From the NCBI GenBank assembly GCA_016839765.1, contig JAEOTP010000023.1, positions 1 to 10,458 on the forward strand: a stretch of DNA of 10,458 bases. The letters are read 5' to 3'. The notes beneath the pieces were generated by a model. The model ran no database searches, was not told where the DNA came from, and saw only the letters and a program-made list of their open reading frames with translations. The position numbers and the translations under genes are program-made. This document shows, one piece after another, positions 1 through 6,518 of this stretch (position 1 is the stretch's first letter; each line of letters starts with the position of its first letter). The stretch comes from Promethearchaeota archaeon. GTDB taxonomy: Archaea > Asgardarchaeota > Lokiarchaeia > Sigyniarchaeales > SOKP01.

Positions 1-272
1 ATTTTTCTCTTAATATTTGTACCTTTAAATTTCTCCTCAGATATACCGTCTTTAAAATAATCCTCACTCAATAATTTGGAATAAATTTCATCAGCACTAG
101 TAAAGGACTGATTAGAAATTACAGAATTCAAGTGATTTATAATTTCATGAAGTTCTTTTATTTCTAACTGCAATTCTTCTAATTGTTCTTGTTTTTTATG
201 GTAAATACTTCGAAGTACTGAAAGTATTTTAGTTAGTTTCTCCGTCCCCTTCTCATTATCTATAGAACCCAT
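1..272 (-). CDS. Hypothetical protein, N-terminal part (runs off the window's left edge), with predicted coiled coil
   Basis: Not in the ORF track. Open minus-strand frame from ATG at 272 (alternative in-frame ATG at 281) to the edge: MGSIDNEKGTEKLTKILSVLRSIYHKKQEQLEELQLEIKELHEIINHLNSVISNQSFTSADEIYSKLLSEDYFKDGISEEKFKGTNIKRK. About 90 stop-free codons in AT-rich DNA, with heptad-like LEELQLEIKELHEII. Confidence 0.8.
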   Translation of the reverse strand, partial: MGSIDNEKGTEKLTKILSVLRSIYHKKQEQLEELQLEIKELHEIINHLNSVISNQSFTSADEIYSKLLSEDYFKDGISEEKFKGTNIKRK

Positions 273-360
273 TGTGTTCATATATATTTAAAGATAAAAT
301 AAATTTATTTATTTATTTAGTGCTAGTTCTATTAAGTAATTTTTTCTCAAAGGGATTAGA

Positions 361-1236
361 ATGCATTCTATGATCATTACTCCAAACCCTACTGATTCAG
401 AAGTACAAATTCTTTCAGAAGAATTTAAAAAATTAGGATATGAAGTACAATATTTTATACCATCTAAATTTGTTGCAAAAATTAATATTAACCATTTTAA
501 AAAAGAATTTGAAAATCTTGAACCTAGGGCAGCTCTAGTTAGAGGTTTTGGAGCAGCTCCAACTCAAAAAATATTCTTTAGATTAGATCTATTAAACGCC
601 ATTGAAGAGTATGGTGTTAAACTAATTAATTCACGAGAATCATTAGAAATTGCCAGTGATAAATTCTTGACTTCACTTTATCTAGAAAAGAACAATATAC
701 CTACACCAAAAACAATAATCTGTGAAAGTCCAGATGATGCTATAGCATCCTTTGATGAACTTGGTGGAGATATGGTTTTAAAGCCACTTTATGGATCTAA
801 AGGAATAGGAGTTACAAGAATAAATGATAGGGCTTTTGCTGAAAATGTAATATATGGATTAAGCCGTCTAAATGAGATTTTTTATTTACAAGAATTTATC
901 GAACATTATAACAGAGACATTAGAATCTTGGTATTAGGAGATAAAGCCATAGCAGGTATGTACAGAGTAAGTGATAGTTGGAAAACTAATATACATGCGG
1001 GAGCAACAATGGAACCTTTAAAAATGACGACAGAATTAGAAAGGTTGGCTATTAAGGCAGCTAAAATTACAAAAACAGAAATTGCTGGGGTGGATATAAT
1101 AGAAACTGAAAAAGGTTTATTAGTATTAGAAGTGAATTCAATACCAGGATTTACTGCCCTCCAAAAAGTGACAGATATTAATATTGCTGAAGAAATGATA
1201 AATTATTTTTTAAAAAACGCGGAAACTAAAAAATAA
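361..1236 (+). CDS. RimK-family ATP-grasp alpha-L-glutamate ligase, most like the MptN (tetrahydromethanopterin:glutamate ligase) type
   Basis: ATP-grasp motifs DKF, PTPKT, VLKPLYGSKGIGV, YLQEFI, DIRILVLG, WKTNIHAG, AGVDI, VLEVNSIPGF. The N-terminal LVRGFGA...FRLDLL segment resembles MptN-type rather than LysX-type enzymes (recalled, not computed). Confidence 0.9.
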   Translation: MHSMIITPNPTDSEVQILSEEFKKLGYEVQYFIPSKFVAKININHFKKEFENLEPRAALVRGFGAAPTQKIFFRLDLLNAIEEYGVKLINSRESLEIASDKFLTSLYLEKNNIPTPKTIICESPDDAIASFDELGGDMVLKPLYGSKGIGVTRINDRAFAENVIYGLSRLNEIFYLQEFIEHYNRDIRILVLGDKAIAGMYRVSDSWKTNIHAGATMEPLKMTTELERLAIKAAKITKTEIAGVDIIETEKGLLVLEVNSIPGFTALQKVTDINIAEEMINYFLKNAETKK

Positions 1237-1257
1237 AGTTTAAAAAAATAAAGTTTA
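1228..1257. repeat. Perfect 15-bp tandem duplication (AAAAAATAAAGTTTA x2) spanning the ligase stop codon; supplies T-tracts on the minus strand as a likely terminator for the convergent gene
   Basis: 1228-1242 and 1243-1257 are identical. Confidence 0.6.
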
Positions 1258-1282
1258 AATGAATCTTATTTGATATCTCAAG

Positions 1283-1615
1283 TTATAATTCTTCAATTAA
1301 TCCAATTAAGGCAGCAATAATAAGCAATACACAAGCTATTATTCCGCCTCCAAAAATGACAAGGAGTATCCCTAATACAAATAGAAATAACCAATGAAAA
1401 GGAAAGGGTTTATCAGGTTTAATTGCTGTGTAAATTGTAATTATTGAGATGAATATACCTATGATTGCATATACTAGTGTATTAAGACCCACAAATCTAG
1501 GAATAAACCATTGTAATTCAGCAATAATAAAGATTTGACTCGCTAAAGCTACTAAACCGCCAATAACAGTCAAAAATTTCATTATACCTTCGTTTTTATA
1601 GTGTTTTCTAGCCAT
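1283..1615 (-). CDS. Small integral membrane hypothetical protein (about 4 TM helices)
   Basis: 110 aa, basic N-terminus followed by long hydrophobic stretches. SD-like AAGTTGA upstream of the ATG and TATA-like CTTATATAG at 1670-1662 on the minus strand. Confidence 0.8.
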   Translation of the reverse strand: MARKHYKNEGIMKFLTVIGGLVALASQIFIIAELQWFIPRFVGLNTLVYAIIGIFISIITIYTAIKPDKPFPFHWLFLFVLGILLVIFGGGIIACVLLIIAALIGLIEEL

Positions 1616-1660
1616 TTTTTATCAACTTATTATAAATTATATTTTTTATTATGATTTTAA

Positions 1661-1790
1661 ACTATATAAGCATTTAATATTTTTTTTTCATAGGTATTAG
1701 TAGTAAATACATTTTCATTAACTCTTATAATAATTCTTTTAATCTAATCTATAACTTATAAATTTCAAACCATAAGCTTATTTAAATTAA
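1661..1790. promoter_or_regulatory. Divergent archaeal promoter region: TATA-like CTTATATAG (-, 1670-1662) and CTTATTTAAA (+, about 1777-1786; leaderless spacing to ATG 1808)
   Basis: TATA-like elements at plausible spacing from both divergent starts. The AT-rich background lowers certainty. Confidence 0.4.
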
Positions 1791-1807
1791 GATTTTTCAT
1801 ATTTTAT

Positions 1808-2665
1808 ATGACATTCTCAATTGTTGCTTATGATCCCAAAAATAAGGAATGGGGAATAGCGGTTCAATCCAAATTTGTCGCAGTAGGAGCTATCGTACCT
1901 TTTGCTAAAGCAAATGTAGGAGCCATAGCTACACAAGCGTATGCTAATACGAGTTACGGTCCAGAAGGTTTAACATTACTTGAAAAAGGTTTAACCGCTG
2001 AAGAAACTATTAAGGAATTAATCAAAGATGATGAAATGAGGGAACAAAGACAAATAGGGATTGTAGACTCCTATGGAAATACTGCCGCGTTTACAGGAAA
2101 GAAATGTTTCGATTGGGCAGGTCATTTAATTGGAAAAAATTTCTCTTGTCAAGGAAATATATTAGCTTCTGAAGATGTTGTAAAAGCAATGGCAGAAGCT
2201 TTTGAAAATACAATAAATGATTTAGTAAAGAAATTGTTTGCAGCTTTAGAAGCAGGCCAAAAAAAAGGCGGAGACAGAAGAGGAAGAGAATCCGCCGCAA
2301 TCCTCATAGTAAAAGAAAAAGGAGCATATGATGGTGGAACTGATAGGTATATTGACATAAGGGTAGACGAACATCCGAGACCAATTAAAGAATTACGTAA
2401 AGTTTTTGAGGTTTATGATATGTGCATCCTACTCAGAGACGATCCTAAAGATATCATCAAATTAGAAGGTGACGTAATGAAAATTGTAAAAGAAAGGCTA
2501 AAAATTGACGGTTTTTATAAAGGAGAAATAGATGATTTGTATGATAAAAAAACAAAAGATGCTTTGAGAGATTGGTTAGGCACAAATAATTTTGAAGTTA
2601 AAGAAAGAGAAGATGAATATATGTGGGGATCTGTTTATAGATATATTTTAAATTTAAAAAAGTAA
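1808..2665 (+). CDS. DUF1028 family Ntn-hydrolase-like protein with C-terminal putative peptidoglycan-binding (PG_binding_2-like) domain
   Basis: Family signatures MTFSIVA.DP, GIAVQSKF.AVG..VP, GAIATQA, RQIGIVD, AAFTG, QGNIL, GGDRRGRESAA, DIRVDEH..P..EL. C-terminal GFYKGEIDDLYDKKTKDALRDW...NFE. Confidence 0.92.
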   Translation: MTFSIVAYDPKNKEWGIAVQSKFVAVGAIVPFAKANVGAIATQAYANTSYGPEGLTLLEKGLTAEETIKELIKDDEMREQRQIGIVDSYGNTAAFTGKKCFDWAGHLIGKNFSCQGNILASEDVVKAMAEAFENTINDLVKKLFAALEAGQKKGGDRRGRESAAILIVKEKGAYDGGTDRYIDIRVDEHPRPIKELRKVFEVYDMCILLRDDPKDIIKLEGDVMKIVKERLKIDGFYKGEIDDLYDKKTKDALRDWLGTNNFEVKEREDEYMWGSVYRYILNLKK

Positions 2666-2712
2666 ACTAAATATCTTTTTCATTTTGAACTCTCTGCTTT
2701 AATAATAAATTC

Positions 2713-2755
2713 AATATTACGGAGATAATATCACGATATTTTTTATTTTAAAATA
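2713..2755 (+). promoter_or_regulatory. Candidate transcription-factor site (overlapping inverted repeats) plus TATA-like box upstream of the small ORF
   Basis: ATATTA-N6-TAATAT (2714-2731), AATATC-AC-GATATT (2727-2740), then TTTTAAAATA (2746-2755) about 23-32 nt before GTG 2778. Confidence 0.35.
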
Positions 2756-2777
2756 TAGTTTTTTTAGTTATTTATGT

Positions 2778-2948
2778 GTGATTGACGACAAAATTATGAA
2801 ATATCGAAATGATTTGGTATTGGCAAAAAAATTAGCAAGAAATAGGTATGCAAATCAAGAATATTATGAAGAAGTAAGCATCAAGCTCGAAAAATTGTTA
2901 AAATTTTATGAGAATTTGAAAATCTGGAAGGAAATTTCAGATAAATAA
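2778..2948 (+). CDS. Small hypothetical helical protein (56 aa from GTG 2778; 50 aa from ATG 2796)
   Basis: Not in the ORF track. (M)IDDKIMKYRNDLVLAKKLARNRYANQEYYEEVSIKLEKLLKFYENLKIWKEISDK*. Fills an otherwise empty gap, is purine-rich like the other coding strands, and its stop lies 13 nt from the convergent maf stop. Confidence 0.7.
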   Translation: MIDDKIMKYRNDLVLAKKLARNRYANQEYYEEVSIKLEKLLKFYENLKIWKEISDK

Positions 2949-2961
2949 TTGTAAATATCAT

Positions 2962-3582
2962 CTAATTAAAAAATTTATTCCTCTCAAATAGATTAAAATT
3001 AAATTCCTTATTTAAAATTTCATATATTTTAAATAATGGCAAACCTACTACATTAGTAAAAGAGCCATTGATAGATTTTACAAATAAGCTTGCCTTATCT
3101 CTTATTGAATATGCTCCAGCTCTTCCTTTCCATTCACCAGATTTTATATAGGTCAAGATTTCTTGATCTGATAAATGGGCTAAGTAAACAACTGTACATT
3201 CATAATCAACTATCAATTTTTGGAAGAACGTTTCAGTAATCGCTAATCCTGTTAATAAATTATGTGGTTTGTTCTGTAATCTTTTTAATATACGAAAAGC
3301 TTGATCTTCGTTATTTGCTTTACCGATTATTTCTCCGTTTAATTCCACAATAGTATCGGCCCCTATAATTACGGCATCAAGATTCTTTTCCAATACTTTT
3401 TTTTTGACGCATAATACTTTTGCTTTAGCTAATTCTTTAACTAATTGGATTGGATTACTAATCCTATCCTTAAGTTCATTCTCATTAATGTTAGCGACTA
3501 TTGTATCAAAAGGAATCCTTGCTCTCTTTAATATTTCACATCTGTCCATTGATTTTGAGGCTAAAATAATTTTTTTCTTCAA
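2962..3582 (-). CDS. maf: Maf-family nucleoside triphosphate pyrophosphatase
   Basis: IILAS.S..R, LAKAK, IIGADTIV...GEIIGK, H...TG, AGAY.I, GSFTNVVGLP. TTG start preceded by SD-like TGAGG. Confidence 0.93.
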   Translation of the reverse strand: MKKKIILASKSMDRCEILKRARIPFDTIVANINENELKDRISNPIQLVKELAKAKVLCVKKKVLEKNLDAVIIGADTIVELNGEIIGKANNEDQAFRILKRLQNKPHNLLTGLAITETFFQKLIVDYECTVVYLAHLSDQEILTYIKSGEWKGRAGAYSIRDKASLFVKSINGSFTNVVGLPLFKIYEILNKEFNFNLFERNKFFN

Positions 3583-3762
3583 AATTTAGTAGATCCTCAA
3601 GATTTTTCAGCTTAAATAAAATTAAGGCTATTTTTGTTCTAAACTTTTGCAAATTTGTTATATTTAAGTTAATAAAATACTTCTGTTAAATGATATTAAA
3701 GTTTTAAATTATTCTTCAAATAAATTTACTTAATAGAACTATAAAATTATTTAGATCGATTT

Positions 3763-4860
3763 ATGATTGAATTTTCTATATGGTTTATTTTTTTAGCTAG
3801 CTCGTATTTCCTAATTCTTTTTTTATTTTTGGGTTTTTCGAATAGAAAAGAGAAATATAATAATATAGCGGGGTTTGCTGCATTGTTCTTTGTTTTTATA
3901 CATTTATTATTAATCTTATTTCTAATTTTTCAAGATCTTGGCTCTCATTTAGATTTGATGCCATTGTGGACTTTAACTTTAGGATTACCTATATTAATTT
4001 TTGGTCTTGTTGTATTAGTATCATCTCTGTTAGGATATTTGTATAAAGTTTTATTTAAGTCAAGGAATCTAAACAGTTTTATAATTAAAATGGAGCAAAA
4101 GATTAAAGAAAGAAGTAAGGCAAAAAACGATTTATATCGCAAGATTCCTCATGTTCTAATTTTTATAGGAATTTTTATTTTATGGCTAATTGGGGTTTAT
4201 ATTATCTATTTAACAACAGGATCTAATGAAGGTATGATCCCCTATGAGAATAATATGCTTTATTTATACTTACAACTTATAACAACACCGAATGTAATTC
4301 GTAATGTTTTATTTGCTCTCGGCTGGTTTTATTACCTATTATTTTTCTTTTTTTATGGTTTTGCAATATTAATGTTAATAAATGAATTTACTAGGAAATC
4401 TCAAAATTTCAGCTTCCCATTCAATATTTTGTCCACAATTTTTCTAAATAAAGAGGAAAAGCAAGGATATGGTACTTATTTGTATTTTGGAATTGGACAT
4501 ATGTTTGCAGCTTTTCTATGCCCTCCAATGGTTTTTTTCTCAATTTTAGGGATCAGCTCCATTGCGGATCTAGTCGCGAGTCAAATTGGAATAAGATATG
4601 GAAGAACTACTATAAAGTTTAATAAAAAGAAAACATGGGAGGGAACTATAGCGGGGTCTATTGCTACCTTTTTTATAAGTTTTCTTTTTTTAGGCTTGAT
4701 ATGGGCAAGTATATTCACTCTTGTATTTATATTTATAGATATTTTAACAAATAGACCAATAAATGTATCTGATAACTTGCTTAATCCAATTGTCTTATCA
4801 ATTATTTATTTCTTCATAAGATTCATATTTAATTTGAATTACTACACAATTATTATATAG
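3763..4860 (+). CDS. CTP-dependent polyprenol/dolichol/diacylglycerol kinase family (SEC59/DGK1/VTE5-like) membrane protein, paralog 1
   Basis: Polytopic membrane protein with DLYRKIPH, ADLVASQIGIRYG...KKTWEG and C-terminal SDNLLNP motifs. Confidence 0.85.
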   Translation: MIEFSIWFIFLASSYFLILFLFLGFSNRKEKYNNIAGFAALFFVFIHLLLILFLIFQDLGSHLDLMPLWTLTLGLPILIFGLVVLVSSLLGYLYKVLFKSRNLNSFIIKMEQKIKERSKAKNDLYRKIPHVLIFIGIFILWLIGVYIIYLTTGSNEGMIPYENNMLYLYLQLITTPNVIRNVLFALGWFYYLLFFFFYGFAILMLINEFTRKSQNFSFPFNILSTIFLNKEEKQGYGTYLYFGIGHMFAAFLCPPMVFFSILGISSIADLVASQIGIRYGRTTIKFNKKKTWEGTIAGSIATFFISFLFLGLIWASIFTLVFIFIDILTNRPINVSDNLLNPIVLSIIYFFIRFIFNLNYYTIII

Positions 4861-4864
4861 AGGG

Positions 4865-4900
4865 TTTTTTTGAGTGATTTTTTATAAAAACTTTTAAATA
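4865..4900 (+). promoter_or_regulatory. T-tract terminator candidate after paralog 1, followed by TATA-like CTTTTAAATA for leaderless paralog 2
   Basis: T7 at 4865-4871 just after the TAG. AAAA-CTTTTAAATA (box 4891-4900) lies 23-32 nt upstream of ATG 4923, which lacks an SD. Confidence 0.45.
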
Positions 4901-4922
4901 ATTCAACTTTAATGATTAAAAT

Positions 4923-5954
4923 ATGTTTTATCTACCAACAAGCATTATTTTAGTAGGATATTCAATTATTACATTAGTTTATATAATTTCAAATTGGAAG
5001 GAAAAGGTTGAAAAAGGATTAGTTGCTAATGAAATTGCAGTTGGGTTGCTATTTCTAATAACAGGAGCATTATTTCCTTTCATGTATCAATTTCACTCAC
5101 CCTTAATTCCTTTAGAAACTTTAAATTTCCTGTGGCTCTCTACATCAATTATTTTTTTAATTGAAATGGGGATTTGGTTTATAACTTTAATTTATAATAC
5201 AATAATTTCCAAAAGAGATCCAAAAATCATGGCTGAAAGGGATTATAGTAAATATTGCGAAGAATTTAATCGGAACTGGACTGATGACTTAAAAAGTGAA
5301 TATGGAAGGAAAGTATTGCATCTATTTACATGCTCAATTATTTTTATTTTCTGGAGTTTAGGAACCATCCTTGATAATTTTGGAATATTAAATAAATTTA
5401 ATCTCGATAATTATAGTTTCTCATATTGGCTTACTATTATAATTGGATTTGGTTTTATATTCATGTTTCAAATAGGAGATCTTGAACGTTTGACTAAATT
5501 TTATATGTTGCCTAACTGGGCTCGAAAAGGGTATCTCTCTATGAGGCAAGAAGAGTTGGAAACTTTTTTGGCTTCTACACCTTTGGTTTTATCTTTTGTG
5601 CCTTTTATTTTTGCACCGTTCCCCATATTTGCTGCTGTAGCCTTGATCACTACGGGAGCAGATGCTATGGCATGTGTTATAGGAAAAAAGTATGGAAAGC
5701 ATGCACTTAGAAAAGATTCAAAAAAAACCATAGAAGGATTTATTGCTGGAGGAATAAGTACATTTTTGATAGTTATAATTATAATGAATTTATATTATAC
5801 CTGGATGCCAGTAAGTATAGTAAAAATATTTTTGATGGCGTTAACTGCCACAATTATATTTTTACTCATTGATATGTTTGCAAAATTCATTTCTGATAAT
5901 ATTTTAAATCCTATTTTAACTGGTTTTGGTATGTGGTTAATCTATTTATTATAA
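4923..5954 (+). CDS. CTP-dependent polyprenol/dolichol/diacylglycerol kinase family membrane protein, paralog 2
   Basis: EYGRKVLHL, ADAMACVIGKKYG...KKTIEG and SDNILNP motifs; many TM segments. Confidence 0.87.
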   Translation: MFYLPTSIILVGYSIITLVYIISNWKEKVEKGLVANEIAVGLLFLITGALFPFMYQFHSPLIPLETLNFLWLSTSIIFLIEMGIWFITLIYNTIISKRDPKIMAERDYSKYCEEFNRNWTDDLKSEYGRKVLHLFTCSIIFIFWSLGTILDNFGILNKFNLDNYSFSYWLTIIIGFGFIFMFQIGDLERLTKFYMLPNWARKGYLSMRQEELETFLASTPLVLSFVPFIFAPFPIFAAVALITTGADAMACVIGKKYGKHALRKDSKKTIEGFIAGGISTFLIVIIIMNLYYTWMPVSIVKIFLMALTATIIFLLIDMFAKFISDNILNPILTGFGMWLIYLL

Positions 5955-5965
5955 AAGAATAATGT

Positions 5966-6259
5966 TTAACCACCAAAATAGAGATATAAAAAAGCGATAT
6001 CATCTCCATCTTTCAAGAGAGTTTCAAGAAATTTATCATGACGATAACTCTTACCATTAATAATTATTGATAAGAATGAGCTAAACTCTTCGGGTTTTTT
6101 TTTATCCCATAGAAGTTCTTTGAATTTTTCCCCATATTTCTTATAAAAGTATTCTAATAATTCTTTTAAAGTTAATTCCTTCTCGAGCTTCACAATTTCG
6201 TTAGTTTTATTAGTAACTTCGTTAAATGGAGGTTCAAAACGAAGACTTAATGAGATCAT
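5966..6259 (-). CDS. MoaD/ThiS/SAMP-family beta-grasp ubiquitin-like protein
   Basis: 97 aa with TLKELL..., IIING, LKDGDDI and a C-terminal GG. SD-like AAGGT upstream. Confidence 0.9.
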   Translation of the reverse strand: MISLSLRFEPPFNEVTNKTNEIVKLEKELTLKELLEYFYKKYGEKFKELLWDKKKPEEFSSFLSIIINGKSYRHDKFLETLLKDGDDIAFLYLYFGG

Positions 6260-6518
6260 ATAATTTTACCTTATTAAATTAATAAAATCTTAAGAATTTA
6301 AAATAATCAAAATTATAAAATTTTAATGGAAATAAAAAATAAAAATAGATTTTTTAAATTTTAGCATCTTCCAATGCACCTTTTACATTACCGATAATTT
6401 AGAACCAAACCTTTTTATTTAAACAAGGTAAATATTCATAATTTTTATTAAAAATTTAACAAATAGATTATAAAATTATAGAAGATAATTAGTTAAATGT
6501 AATTGAAGAGGTTTTGAA

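Noticed and set aside
304-319. (TTTA)4 microsatellite in the divergent promoter
   Set aside because: Expected by chance in highly AT-rich intergenic DNA.
2091-2358. Two 69-aa minus-strand ORFs (2091-2300, 2149-2358)
   Set aside because: Antisense shadows fully inside the well-supported DUF1028 gene, with no motifs.
2774-2846. ATG-TGT-GAT-TGA frame considered as a selenoprotein (UGA readthrough)
   Set aside because: A second TGA and a TAG follow quickly, there is no redox motif or evident SECIS, and the neighbouring frame gives a better ORF.
3404-3589. 61-aa plus-strand ORF
   Set aside because: Antisense to maf; its hydrophobicity reflects the reverse complement of A-rich codons.
3945-4142. 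65-aa minus-strand ORF
   Set aside because: Shadow of kinase paralog 1.
4858-4887. Possible TAG readthrough of kinase paralog 1
   Set aside because: Would add only a few residues, and a T-tract follows the stop, consistent with normal termination.
5501-5731. 76-aa minus-strand ORF
   Set aside because: Shadow of kinase paralog 2.
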